Shown: piece after piece, positions 1-10,071 of the stretch
Position numbering within the stretch: the first letter of the stretch is position 1
Layout of the letters: every line of letters begins with the position of its first letter
Source of the DNA: Glaciecola sp.
GTDB taxonomy: Bacteria > Pseudomonadota > Gammaproteobacteria > Enterobacterales > Alteromonadaceae
Assembly: GCA_034112105.1 (NCBI GenBank)
Contig: JAWUVZ010000096.1
Location: 4,429-68,428, forward strand
Direction: 5' to 3'
DNA: 64,000 bases
Notes under the pieces: model-generated
Databases searched by the model: none
The model's input: the letters and a program-made list of their open reading frames with translations, nothing else
Told to the model about the DNA's origin: nothing
Program-made: the position numbers and the translations under genes

Positions 1-765
1 GCGTTGCGTAATAACTTGGTTTGTTCCCCAGTAAAACATCTGAATGAATATCATGCCTGTCAGCAAAGTATGCCAAGGAATAGGTGACTCGTTATCACCA
101 ATGAGCGTTAAGCGTTCTGGTGGGATCCCAGAAAAGTCGTAGTTTATTGCTTCTAGTGCTACAAATACGACCACCAGGGCCATGACTAATAGCAATACGC
201 CAGAATAAGTATCGGATACAGCAACTGCTCGCAGACCGCCAAATATCGCATACATTGCGCCTATAGCTGCAAAGGTAAGTGCGACATACATAATGTTCAC
301 GTTCAAGTCGAACATATTTATCATAAATAACGAGCCACTATAAATAACGGCAGGGCAAAAAATTAATGCGCTTCCAGCAAAAAATAAGACGCTGATAACA
401 GCACGGATATTTTTATCGTTGTACCTACGCTCAAGAAGCTCAGTTGTTGTTGTGCACTTATATCGATAGTAAACAGGCAAAAACACTTTTGCTAAAACAA
501 TTAAGCCTACTACTGCTGAAAACTCCCAAAGCGCTAAAAGAGCCATCTGGTTTCCATTCATACCAACTAATTGGTCAGTACTTAGGTTGGTCAACGTGAT
601 TGAGCCGGCAACAAAATACCAAGCCAGGCCGCCGCCCGCCAAAAAATATTCTTTTGTTTGGTTAGTTGAGCTATGCCCTTTGCCTCGGCAGTGCATATAA
701 GTTAAAAATGCGATTAGGACGGTAACGCCCAAAAACACCGAAATTTGAATTAGATTATCTGACAT
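1..765 (-). CDS. Sodium:solute symporter (SSS/SLC5, YidK-like), 5' part; runs off the left end of the window
   Basis: Manual translation from ATG at 765 (AAGGA RBS): MSDNLIQISVFLGVTVLIAFLTY...EYFLAGGGLAWYFVAGSITLTNLSTDQLVGMNG, the SSS N-terminal signature. Absent from the ORF track because no stop lies inside the window. Confidence 0.9.
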   Translation of the reverse strand, partial: MSDNLIQISVFLGVTVLIAFLTYMHCRGKGHSSTNQTKEYFLAGGGLAWYFVAGSITLTNLSTDQLVGMNGNQMALLALWEFSAVVGLIVLAKVFLPVYYRYKCTTTTELLERRYNDKNIRAVISVLFFAGSALIFCPAVIYSGSLFMINMFDLNVNIMYVALTFAAIGAMYAIFGGLRAVAVSDTYSGVLLLVMALVVVFVALEAINYDFSGIPPERLTLIGDNESPIPWHTLLTGMIFIQMFYWGTNQVITQR

Positions 766-841
766 AGTGCTTCCTTACTCACTCATAAATAAAATGGCGA
801 GTCTTTATTGTTTTTATTCTTGCGTATTGTTTGCCTAAGTT

Positions 842-869
842 ATAGCTGTCTGCAATCACAGGCAGCTAT
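842..869. terminator. Intergenic stem-loop between sapC and the symporter gene
   Basis: atagctgtctg-caatca-caggcagctat near-perfect inverted repeat. Confidence 0.45.
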
Positions 870-938
870 CAACTTAGGCATCCAGCTTTTGCTGAGGAAT
901 AACTATTTCTTGAATGAGCAGTTTAATAAGCGCTGCAG

Positions 939-1709
939 TTATGAAATAGTGGCATCCTTTGCGACTTCCATTTTTACTTCAACAATTCTTGCTCTTTCAA
1001 CATCTTCATTATTGATGGTGATCAGTCTATTAACCTGTAAAAGTGATATCAACATTGCATGAATAGGCATTAAATAACCTTGTTTACGCAGTGAATCGAG
1101 CTCTTCAATACTCAGACTTTGAAAGCGATCTTCATCAATCGTATGCAAGCCTTTAATTTTTTTAGGCTCACCATCAAATAACTGAATATTCATATCTAGG
1201 TGTTTAAATAAACCGAGGTCGTCTAATGTTTTACTAAACTTAGCAGTTTGTATGTCCTTTTGAACATCTGCATCTAGCAGCTGAGCGCGCCTTTTTGTTG
1301 CTTCAGTAGGATTACTTTTTTCATCAAACAATGGCTCGCCAGTAGTTTTTGAAAAGTCACCTTGGTCCTCTAGAATACCTATAGTGTAGGCATTCTCTTC
1401 AGCGGGTGCTTCCATTAGATAAAATGGGAAAGTTTGAATACTCGTTGGGCGATAAATAACATCAAATTTGTCGTTCTTTACAAACAAGTTTTCATTCGGT
1501 ACAAAACTGGTCAGTGCTGAAAACGTCCAAAATCCATTGTGTGTATTTTTGGTCGCAAATACTGGGTAGCAAGTTGCTGCTTGACCTAGTTCGGTTGCTC
1601 GCAAATTCATTAAGTGCTGTTTTGCTATATGTTGTATGACCGCATTGTTTGTTATCTTCAAATCTTTGTGCGTTTTACTACTCAGTTCTACTAACTTCAA
1701 TTTTTTCAT
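939..1709 (-). CDS. SapC family protein
   Basis: 256 aa; YPVFATK, PNENLFV, YRPTSIQTFPFYL, GLHTIDEDRFQSL and GYLMPIHAMLISL match the SapC pattern; typical neighbour of halogenase/TBDR genes. Confidence 0.85.
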   Translation of the reverse strand: MKKLKLVELSSKTHKDLKITNNAVIQHIAKQHLMNLRATELGQAATCYPVFATKNTHNGFWTFSALTSFVPNENLFVKNDKFDVIYRPTSIQTFPFYLMEAPAEENAYTIGILEDQGDFSKTTGEPLFDEKSNPTEATKRRAQLLDADVQKDIQTAKFSKTLDDLGLFKHLDMNIQLFDGEPKKIKGLHTIDEDRFQSLSIEELDSLRKQGYLMPIHAMLISLLQVNRLITINNEDVERARIVEVKMEVAKDATIS

Positions 1710-1716
1710 ATTTCCA

Positions 1717-3255
1717 CTACTTCATTTGTGCGCTTGCAAGCCATTTCTCAATATATTCTCTATGCATGGGAAGTGTTTGTAGCATTTGTTCGGTTATTTT
1801 CTGATTTCTTTGAATGATCATTTCAGCCTGCTGCTTTTCTTGATAAAGATGCGCTTGCTTAGCGAAGTCAGGTTTAAAGCCCATACCATAAATTACATAC
1901 TGATAACTGGCGGCAGGAAACAATTCTATCGCACTTTCGAAGTCTCCGCTTGTTGGGCCACGATAACTCCATATTGCTAGGTCTTCTTGCAGACTCTCGG
2001 GGATATTTTTCGGGTTAGTATGTGCCTGCCAATAAGGTTCAGGGCGTTTGGTTAGCATGTAATGTAGTTTTAAGAAATCAATGATACGAGACCAACGATA
2101 ACGCATTTGTTGATTAAAGCGTTTGGCTACTGTAGGCATTACAGCTTTTGTTGGCGGTAAATTGTCAGCAATGTAGCGAGCCGAAATTTCAACTAACATA
2201 ATGGCTGTAGCTTCAAGTGGTTCAACAAAACCCGCCGCCATGCCGACAGCAACGCAATTTTTTTCCCAAAAACGTTCTCTATGACCTGACTGAAAGGAGA
2301 TTTTTCTAGCCGTTAATCCTTTGCTCGCTTTACCAACATATGTCCGAAGATTAGCTTCTGCCTCATCATCGGATAGATATTTACTTGAATATACATGACC
2401 CACACCTCGCCGGTGAGTCAGTCCAATATCCCAAATCCAACCAGCGTTTTGTGCAGTCGCAATGGTATGAGATGCAATAGGACTATCTTTCCTATCATAT
2501 GGAACATGCATAGCAAGAGCTGAATCGTTGAAAAGTACTTCGTCCATTTTAATAAATGGTACGTTCAATTTACCACCAAGTAACAAGGCAGCAAAACCGG
2601 TACAATCGACATAAAGGTCAGCCTCGACATCAGCGTGCTTATCCAGGCTTATAGATTTAATACTGCCGTCATTTGCTAAGGTTACTTGATTAACCGTATC
2701 TATAACATGAGTGACATTTAGGTTGTTTTTACAATGATTTTTTAAGAGCTCCGCAAATTCGCCTGCATCTATGTGATATGCGTAATTACATTGCCCGCTG
2801 TATTCAGCTTCTGAAATAGTGCGAGGCGCTAATCCCGCTTCACATATGTGATGCTGAAAGTTTGCTTCCACTGCGTACTTTTCGATATCGGAAACATAGG
2901 GTGCTAGGTCGATTCGACCATAGCCTAATGGCACAGTGAAAGGGTGATAATAAAAATCACCATTGCCGTGCACCCAATCGACAAATTTACCACCTTGTTT
3001 GAATACAGCGTGGCAATTTGCAAATAGGTCAGATTCTTTAATACCAATATCACGTAAGGTATTTTTCATGGTTGGCCAAGTACCTTCGCCAACACCTACC
3101 GTGGGAATATCGGATGATTCAATTAACGTGATATTAATGCCGGGTGCATTACTGTCGCCGGACTTTGATTTATGATGAGCTGCAATAATAGCTGCACTTA
3201 GCCAACCGGCTGTACCACCACCTACAATTGCAATTGTTCTTATGACTTCAGACAT
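1717..3255 (-). CDS. Tryptophan halogenase family flavin-dependent halogenase
   Basis: GGGTAG FAD motif, VGVGEGT, AVFKQG (position of PrnA catalytic Lys), GWIWDI (WxWxI), FVEPLEAT. Confidence 0.92.
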   Translation of the reverse strand: MSEVIRTIAIVGGGTAGWLSAAIIAAHHKSKSGDSNAPGINITLIESSDIPTVGVGEGTWPTMKNTLRDIGIKESDLFANCHAVFKQGGKFVDWVHGNGDFYYHPFTVPLGYGRIDLAPYVSDIEKYAVEANFQHHICEAGLAPRTISEAEYSGQCNYAYHIDAGEFAELLKNHCKNNLNVTHVIDTVNQVTLANDGSIKSISLDKHADVEADLYVDCTGFAALLLGGKLNVPFIKMDEVLFNDSALAMHVPYDRKDSPIASHTIATAQNAGWIWDIGLTHRRGVGHVYSSKYLSDDEAEANLRTYVGKASKGLTARKISFQSGHRERFWEKNCVAVGMAAGFVEPLEATAIMLVEISARYIADNLPPTKAVMPTVAKRFNQQMRYRWSRIIDFLKLHYMLTKRPEPYWQAHTNPKNIPESLQEDLAIWSYRGPTSGDFESAIELFPAASYQYVIYGMGFKPDFAKQAHLYQEKQQAEMIIQRNQKITEQMLQTLPMHREYIEKWLASAQMK

Positions 3256-3419
3256 AGCTTGCGAAATCCATTAAATAATTAGTTTCAAAAGGCTCTTACC
3301 CTAAGCAACGATAAACGCTGTGTGAGCTGAAGTAAATATGATTTGAGCTTTAGATGTGCGCTCTAGTTGTAAAATAAAGGATTTATGCAAAACCTGAATA
3401 CAAAACCTTAATACAAAGT

Positions 3420-3457
3420 GTGAATGCACAGCCCGGGAAACAAAGGCTGGCATTCAC
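3420..3457 (-). terminator. Stem-loop downstream of the TonB receptor gene (attenuator or mRNA stabiliser)
   Basis: gtgaatgc-a-cagcc...ggctg-gcattcac inverted repeat about 30 nt past the TBDR stop. Confidence 0.55.
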
Positions 3458-3487
3458 GTCGTCAAACGTGCTTACTTGTTCTTTCTC

Positions 3488-6247
3488 TTAGAATACCGCA
3501 CGTACGCCAAACGCAAAGCGACGCCCATTGTCTTCTATTGAGTAAGTTTGGTTAGGGAAACGACCTGTTTGAACCAATTCTTCTTCAGTAATATTGATAC
3601 CTTCTAAGAATACGGTGAACGTTTCATCAATGTCGTAGCTTGCGCTAACATCCCATTGACCAAATGTTTCAGTGTTAATTGGTTCACCGTTAAAGCCGTT
3701 ATCAATCGCGCGCAAGAAACCTTCACGATTGTTATAAGCAATACGAGCTTGGATCTGGTCTTTCTCATAGAAAACGACTAAGTTTTGAGAATCACCTAAG
3801 CCTTCAAGAGCAAAAGACTGAGTGGAATCGCTACTTAATGAAACGTTGCTGTCTACGACTGTCGCGTTTGCTTGAAAACCAAAACCGTTGTCGAACAAGT
3901 GAGTTAAACCAATTTCATAACCGGTAACTGTCGCAGCATCACCATTTTGTGGGCGAGTAACTGTATACAGTTCTGTTAAACCATTGAGCTCGTCTGCGCC
4001 TGCTGTTGCATCATCGCTGCAAAGGGCAGTGTTGGTAACACTACATCTATTATTAGGCGTACTTAAACGATCATTTAGCGTGTAGGTTTCCGGGCCTGTC
4101 AATCGAGTAATGAAGTTATCTACTTCTTTATTAAAGAATGCGAACGTCAATAAATTAGCATCGCCATAATAATACTCGAATGAAATATCCCAGTTGGCTG
4201 ACTGGAATGGCTTCAATACAGGATTACCACCTGATGCTGTTAAATTCTGACGGCGTGGCTCATTAAACGTAGTCGCTGGCGATAATTGGCTCATTGTTGG
4301 ACGAGTTAACGAATCATATACAGAGAAACGAACGATCATTTCGTCAGTCACTTGTAATTTAGCATTCACACTCGGTAAAAGGTTAGCGTAACTGCCACCT
4401 TGTACGATATCTGTTGCTGGGCCAAATACGTTTTGGAACAAGGTAGCATCTGTTGTTGGAATGATATCGGTTAAGAAGCTTTGAACCGCAGAAACAGCGA
4501 TATCAGTTTGTGCGTAACGCGCTCCAACATTGACTGATAAAGGCATGTCACCTAAATCATATACGAAGGTGAAATCCATATACAGGCTAGTAATGTCTTC
4601 ATTGATTGTGTAACGGTTGTTTTGCAATGTAGGAACAATTGGGTTGCCAGTAGACGCTAGGTAATCGACCATCGCATCACCATCATAAGTGTAGAAAGTA
4701 TCAATTAAACCAGGGAAGAAGTTATTCGCAGTAAATGGACGGAAGTTGATCGTATCATTTGGCGCAGCAGTGCCGTAACCACAGAACGCACATTGACCGG
4801 CAGAGATCTGGAATGAATTTTTCTCACGTTCTTGTCTGTAAACACCAAATTTAACATTGTCTAACACGTCGCTATCTGGACGGTAAGTAAAGTCCGCTTT
4901 GAGTTCACTGATTTCGTCTTGCTCAGTGCGTGTAAAACCTTGTTCGTTGTAATGTAAACGAGACAATGAAGCGTCAGGTAAATTACCGTTTCCAAAACCG
5001 TCATGTTGCACAGTAGGAATACTGCCAGTGCCATCGAACGAGTAGTTATTAATAATACCTACAACGTTAAAACGGTCTTTACCAGCTCGGTCATTTTCAG
5101 CAGACGACGTTGATAAATCGAACTCTGCTTTTAATGAATCGTTAATATCCCATTCAACATTCAAACCAAAACCATCGTTAGTCACATCACGCGAGTTACG
5201 TGTTGCTGATACGAAATCACTCGCAGGATTACCACTACCTTGCGCATCTAAACCAATGTCTTGGCTAAATGTAAGCAAAGTGCCGGTCGCTGGGTCAATC
5301 GTAGCTGAACCAACACGATCAGGTTCAAACCAAGATGCGAGATCGGTAACCACTGAATCAACTTCGAATTTTGATACGAAGCCGTCTAAGCTAATAGTAA
5401 CATCGTCTGATGGTGCATACTGAAATACTAAGCTTGCGTTTGTGCGAGTGCGTTCTTGATTATCAACGATTTGGTCCCAGTTTCTTGGAATATATGCGTT
5501 TGAGAACAAAACACCATCGCGATTGTTTTGAATCGTCTGGCCACCTCTCCAACCGGCAGTTGAGATTTGGTTAATCTGTATGTCGCGTTTTTGATGACTC
5601 ACAGCTAATAATACGCCCATAGTGTCATCATTAAATGTGTTACTTACTAATGCCGAAACCGAAGGAGAGGTTTCCTCACTCAAGCTTTCGTACATGCCTT
5701 TAACAGAAGCAACAGCTTTGAAACCTTGATAGTCGAATGGCTTCGCGGTGATAAGACCGATTGTGCCGCCAATTCCACCTTCTTGCATGGTTGCATTAGT
5801 ACTCTTATAAATATCAGCACCAACAATCTGGTCAGCGGCTAATACATCGAAATTGAATGCACGCCCTGCGCTGTCAGTAGCAATTTGACGGCCATTAACA
5901 AGTACTGTGTTGAATTGAGGACCGAAACCACGAATGGTAACTGCTTGGCCTTCGCCACCGCTTCGGTCTATGGCAACACCTGTAATACGTTGCAATGATT
6001 CAGCGACATTTAGGTCAGGAAATTTGCCTAAGTCTTCTGCTTTAATGCCGTCAGACACTAGGTTTGAGTTTTTCTTATCATCCATAGAAGCTTTAAGGCT
6101 GCTTCTAATTCCGCTGACAAGGATCACTTCTACTGGATCAGAAGCTGATTCTTCTTGAGCCATAACTTGATTTGAGCTTAGTAACGCTCCAGCCACTGCA
6201 ATAGCAACCGATGTGCGTTTACCAAACGTTGATAATGTTTTATTCAT
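3488..6247 (-). CDS. TonB-dependent receptor (carbohydrate-locus type)
   Basis: Signal peptide, VEVILVSGIR TonB box, DLGKFPDLNVAESLQRITGV plug motif, C-terminal GRRFAFGVRAVF. Confidence 0.95.
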   Translation of the reverse strand: MNKTLSTFGKRTSVAIAVAGALLSSNQVMAQEESASDPVEVILVSGIRSSLKASMDDKKNSNLVSDGIKAEDLGKFPDLNVAESLQRITGVAIDRSGGEGQAVTIRGFGPQFNTVLVNGRQIATDSAGRAFNFDVLAADQIVGADIYKSTNATMQEGGIGGTIGLITAKPFDYQGFKAVASVKGMYESLSEETSPSVSALVSNTFNDDTMGVLLAVSHQKRDIQINQISTAGWRGGQTIQNNRDGVLFSNAYIPRNWDQIVDNQERTRTNASLVFQYAPSDDVTISLDGFVSKFEVDSVVTDLASWFEPDRVGSATIDPATGTLLTFSQDIGLDAQGSGNPASDFVSATRNSRDVTNDGFGLNVEWDINDSLKAEFDLSTSSAENDRAGKDRFNVVGIINNYSFDGTGSIPTVQHDGFGNGNLPDASLSRLHYNEQGFTRTEQDEISELKADFTYRPDSDVLDNVKFGVYRQEREKNSFQISAGQCAFCGYGTAAPNDTINFRPFTANNFFPGLIDTFYTYDGDAMVDYLASTGNPIVPTLQNNRYTINEDITSLYMDFTFVYDLGDMPLSVNVGARYAQTDIAVSAVQSFLTDIIPTTDATLFQNVFGPATDIVQGGSYANLLPSVNAKLQVTDEMIVRFSVYDSLTRPTMSQLSPATTFNEPRRQNLTASGGNPVLKPFQSANWDISFEYYYGDANLLTFAFFNKEVDNFITRLTGPETYTLNDRLSTPNNRCSVTNTALCSDDATAGADELNGLTELYTVTRPQNGDAATVTGYEIGLTHLFDNGFGFQANATVVDSNVSLSSDSTQSFALEGLGDSQNLVVFYEKDQIQARIAYNNREGFLRAIDNGFNGEPINTETFGQWDVSASYDIDETFTVFLEGINITEEELVQTGRFPNQTYSIEDNGRRFAFGVRAVF

Positions 6248-6678
6248 TTGTGTTTTCCCTTTGCTTACTCGAGCTTTCTTATATTTAATGTGCTGATATT
6301 TTTTTTTTGTGTGTGTGGGCGTAGAACAAATAGATTAAAACCTATTTATAGTATAAATATAATCAATTGAGCGAGAATTACAACAATTTTGGTTAAATTA
6401 GATAAATAAATATTACTTTTTCTTGACAAAGTATTAACAATTCACTCCATTATAATGAGTCGTTAAAATAGTTAAGTTCATGTTTTATATTAAATTATTT
6501 TTATTTTTCAAAGGACTTTAATCGTTATTTTATTTTATAAAATAAATCATATTGAAATTATGTTTTATCGTATAAATACGATTAATGTTGATTTGTAAAC
6601 TTGTGAAAGCTAACATGAGAATTGAACATTGGGTCAGGGTCAATCAAATATGTTGGATTTATTGGGTGCTACTAAAGT

Positions 6679-7713
6679 ATGACTAAAAACTACGAATTTA
6701 CACATCGCCGCAAGAACTTGTTAAATGGTGAGTGGGTTTTAGTTTCTCCACATCGCAACAATCGTCCTTGGTTGGGAGCAACAGAAAGCCCAACTGAAAC
6801 TTCTCCTGCTTCCCATGACTCACATTGTCCTTTGTGCCCAACTAATACGAGAGCAAATGGAGATACCAATCCAAATTATGAATATACTCACGTCTTTACT
6901 AATGATTTTGGTGCATTAACACCAACCCTCAGTGATGATGCTTGTGTAGACCCTGATGAGTTATTTGAAGCGGAAGCGGCAACCGGCGCAGCTCGAGTCA
7001 TTTGCTTTTCTCCTAAGCACAATAAAACATTACCCGAACTATCCGTTAATGAAATTGCTGAAGTGGTTAACACATGGCAGCAGCAATTTGTTGACTTATC
7101 ATCCAGCTATTCGTGTATTCATATTTTTGAAAATAAAGGTGAAGTAATGGGGTGCTCACAGCCTCATCCACATGGTCAGATTTGGGCACATAATCACCGT
7201 TCTACTGAAATTCAAGTAGAAGAAGAACGTCAACTCACTTTTTATGCAAAGCATCAACGTAGTTTACTTGAAGTTTATATTGAAAAAGAGCAGGCCGAGA
7301 GGCAACGCATTGTTATAGAAAATAAGCACTGGTTGGTTGTTGTTCCATATTGGGCAAAATGGCCGTTTGAAACATTGCTGATATGCAAAGATGCGTTGCA
7401 AAACATTGGGCAGCTTGATGATAGTCAATCGCATGCCCTAGCAAAAGTGCTCAAAGAACTCACTGTACGATATGACAACGTTTTCAATTGTAGCTTCCCA
7501 TACTCAATGGGGTGGCATAATGCCCCACTTGATTTAGACGATGCTACACATTGGCGATTACACGCTCATTTTTATCCACCATTGTTGCGCTCAGCGTCAG
7601 TAAAAAAGCATATGGTTGGGTATGAAATGTTAGCAGAAAGCCAACGCGATTTAACAGCAGAAACAGCCGCGAAGATCCTCCGTGATGTTCCTTCTTCACA
7701 TTACAAGGACTAA
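6679..7713 (+). CDS. galT: Galactose-1-phosphate uridylyltransferase
   Basis: THRRKNLLNGEWVLVSPHR, CPLCP, FENKGEVMGCSQPHPHGQIW (HPH active site). Confidence 0.97.
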   Translation: MTKNYEFTHRRKNLLNGEWVLVSPHRNNRPWLGATESPTETSPASHDSHCPLCPTNTRANGDTNPNYEYTHVFTNDFGALTPTLSDDACVDPDELFEAEAATGAARVICFSPKHNKTLPELSVNEIAEVVNTWQQQFVDLSSSYSCIHIFENKGEVMGCSQPHPHGQIWAHNHRSTEIQVEEERQLTFYAKHQRSLLEVYIEKEQAERQRIVIENKHWLVVVPYWAKWPFETLLICKDALQNIGQLDDSQSHALAKVLKELTVRYDNVFNCSFPYSMGWHNAPLDLDDATHWRLHAHFYPPLLRSASVKKHMVGYEMLAESQRDLTAETAAKILRDVPSSHYKD

Positions 7714-7743
7714 GGCTTTGAAAAGATTATGCTGGGCGATACT

Positions 7744-8919
7744 ATGACCAAAAACATACAAGCCTCTAATTTCTATAAGACCTTTGTTAAGCTCTATGGA
7801 GCCTATCCAACTGCGTTGTCAAATGCGCCTGGTCGAGTTAATTTAATTGGCGAATTCACAGACTATAACAACGGTTTCGTTTTGCCTTGTGCGTTGCAAT
7901 ATAGCACGCGTATATTGTTCAAAAAGCGCAGTGATAACGTAATCAACGTGCATTCAACTGATTATCCAGGTGAAACCGAACAATTCGATGTTAGCCAGGA
8001 AATAGTGCCGGGTAATTCTCAGTGGGGGAATTACATCAGGGCTGTTGCTTTTGTATTTAAGCGCGAAGGTTTCTTACTCAATGGTTTTGATATGCTTATT
8101 GATAGCGATGTTCCACAAGGCAGTGGTCTATCGTCTTCTGCTGCACTAGAAGTATCCGTAGGTGGTATGTTTAATTATGCCTGCGAGCTTAGTCTACCGG
8201 CTCCCACAATAGCCGTCTTAGGGCAAGCGGCGGAAAATGACTTTATTGACTGTCAATGTGGCGTAATGGACCAAATGATATCTGCATGCGGAGTCAAGGG
8301 GCATGCGATGCTGTTGGATTGTGAAAGTTTAGAAACTAAAGCGGTGTCAATCCCAGATGATTTAGCTATTGTTATCGTGAATTCAAATTACCCTCGAAAA
8401 CTGGTTGATAGCGAATATAATCAGCGTCGAATTGATTGTGAGCAAGCTGCTAAAAAGATGCAAGTTAGCACCTTGCGAGGCGCTGATATGGCAAAGTTAA
8501 ATGCTGTAAAAGACAGTTTAAGTGTAAACGAATACAAGCGCGCACACCATGTTATTAGTGAAAATCAGCGTGTTTTAGATGCAGTACAAGCGCTGAAAAA
8601 TAATGATATGAGCGTGTTGCGTGAATTGATGAGCGCATCTCATCAATCTTTGAAGTATGATTTTGAAGTGACAGTGCCAGCAACTGACGGCTTAGTGCAA
8701 ATCTGTGCCGCTGCTTTGCAAGACAGAGGAGCTGTGAGGATGACTGGTGGTGGTTTTGGCGGCGCAATTGTGTGTTTATGCAGAACCGAAGACATTGCGT
8801 CAATTACTAAAGCAGTTGAAGCAGAATACGAAAAAAAATTCAATTTGATCGCGAACATCTATGTTTGTAGCGCGGGCGAAGGACTAAAAATAACTGAGCT
8901 AGCGAAAGGATTAATTTAG
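7744..8919 (+). CDS. galK: Galactokinase
   Basis: APGRVNLIGE, PQGSGLSSSAA (GHMP kinase motif), RMTGGGFGG; start at 7744 preferred, 7729 possible. Confidence 0.96.
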   Translation: MTKNIQASNFYKTFVKLYGAYPTALSNAPGRVNLIGEFTDYNNGFVLPCALQYSTRILFKKRSDNVINVHSTDYPGETEQFDVSQEIVPGNSQWGNYIRAVAFVFKREGFLLNGFDMLIDSDVPQGSGLSSSAALEVSVGGMFNYACELSLPAPTIAVLGQAAENDFIDCQCGVMDQMISACGVKGHAMLLDCESLETKAVSIPDDLAIVIVNSNYPRKLVDSEYNQRRIDCEQAAKKMQVSTLRGADMAKLNAVKDSLSVNEYKRAHHVISENQRVLDAVQALKNNDMSVLRELMSASHQSLKYDFEVTVPATDGLVQICAAALQDRGAVRMTGGGFGGAIVCLCRTEDIASITKAVEAEYEKKFNLIANIYVCSAGEGLKITELAKGLI

Positions 8920-8972
8920 ATTATTATTACTGGTTAATGACTATGAATTTAACAACGGTTTAAGGATAAATA

Positions 8973-9962
8973 ATGCTAAATTGGGGTGTAATAGGCTGCG
9001 GCAACATAGCAAATACTTTCGCAGACGGATTAGCTTGTCTTGATTCTGGGAAATTGATTGCCTGCGCCTCTAATTCGATGCAACGAGCTCATGCATGGGC
9101 AGAAAATCAAAAGTTTCAACATGATATTCGCTCCGTATATAACAGTTATGAAGCGCTGGTAAATGACAATGATGTTCAGGCCGTTTATATTGCCAATACG
9201 CACAATTTTCATTATGAGTCAGTTAAGTTGTGCTTGCAAAATCATAAACACGTTTTGTGTGAAAAACCCATTACATTAAACGCTCAACAAGCTGCTGAAC
9301 TCTACGCTCTAGCACGGGAAAATAAGTGCTTTCTGATGGAAGCAGTTTGGACTCGTTTTTTACCCGCTATTCGTATGTTGCAAAAAGCGCTTTCAGATAA
9401 TGTCATTGGCGATGTGTTGAGCGTTAGAGCCGATTTTAGTATAAATCGAAAGCTAGATGAAAGTCATCGACTTCGTAATAAAAAATTGGCTGGTGGAGCA
9501 TTACTTGACCTTGGGATTTACCCAATTACATTCGCATTCATTGTATTTGGCGAGGCTCCTGAAAAAATTCAAAGCTCAGCTATAATGGACACCACTGGTG
9601 TCGATGAACGATCATCTTATTTATTTGAATATAATGATGGACGCATCGCTTCATTATCATCAGGATATACTCAATCAGCGCCTTGGGAAGCCCTAATTTC
9701 AGGCTCTGAGGGCTATATTCGAATACCTCAATTCTTTGCTGCCCAAGGTTTCTCTGTTCATAAAGATGAACAAGAGCCGCAAACTCATAGTTACCCATTT
9801 GGTGTTAACGAAAATTTCAGCTTTGAAATACAACACATGCAAGATTGCATACAGCAAGGGTTGTTGCAAAGTCCAATATTGCCGCATGGAGAGAGTTTAC
9901 AAGTAATGGATACAATGGACATCTTGCGTGGTCAGTGGGGCCTTAGCTATGAGGGCGAATAA
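8973..9962 (+). CDS. Gfo/Idh/MocA family oxidoreductase (sugar dehydrogenase-like)
   Basis: WGVIGCGNIA Rossmann motif, HVLCEKP, GGALLDLGIY; AAGGA RBS. Confidence 0.9.
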   Translation: MLNWGVIGCGNIANTFADGLACLDSGKLIACASNSMQRAHAWAENQKFQHDIRSVYNSYEALVNDNDVQAVYIANTHNFHYESVKLCLQNHKHVLCEKPITLNAQQAAELYALARENKCFLMEAVWTRFLPAIRMLQKALSDNVIGDVLSVRADFSINRKLDESHRLRNKKLAGGALLDLGIYPITFAFIVFGEAPEKIQSSAIMDTTGVDERSSYLFEYNDGRIASLSSGYTQSAPWEALISGSEGYIRIPQFFAAQGFSVHKDEQEPQTHSYPFGVNENFSFEIQHMQDCIQQGLLQSPILPHGESLQVMDTMDILRGQWGLSYEGE

Positions 9963-10002
9963 TAACGAGTAGAAACACAACCTAAAGAACGACAATCTAG
10001 AT

Positions 10003-10032
10003 AAGCATAGCTAAAAGAAGCATAGCTAAAAG
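10003..10032. repeat. 15-bp tandem duplication
   Basis: aagcatagctaaaag present twice back to back in an intergenic region. Confidence 0.8.
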
Positions 10033-10071
10033 AACCACATCCAACATAATAATAAGGAAAATGAGACGATT

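Noticed and set aside
6601-6616. GalR/LacI operator ttgtgaaagctaacat upstream of galT
   Set aside because: Weak symmetry and no central CG, which is typical of LacI-family sites
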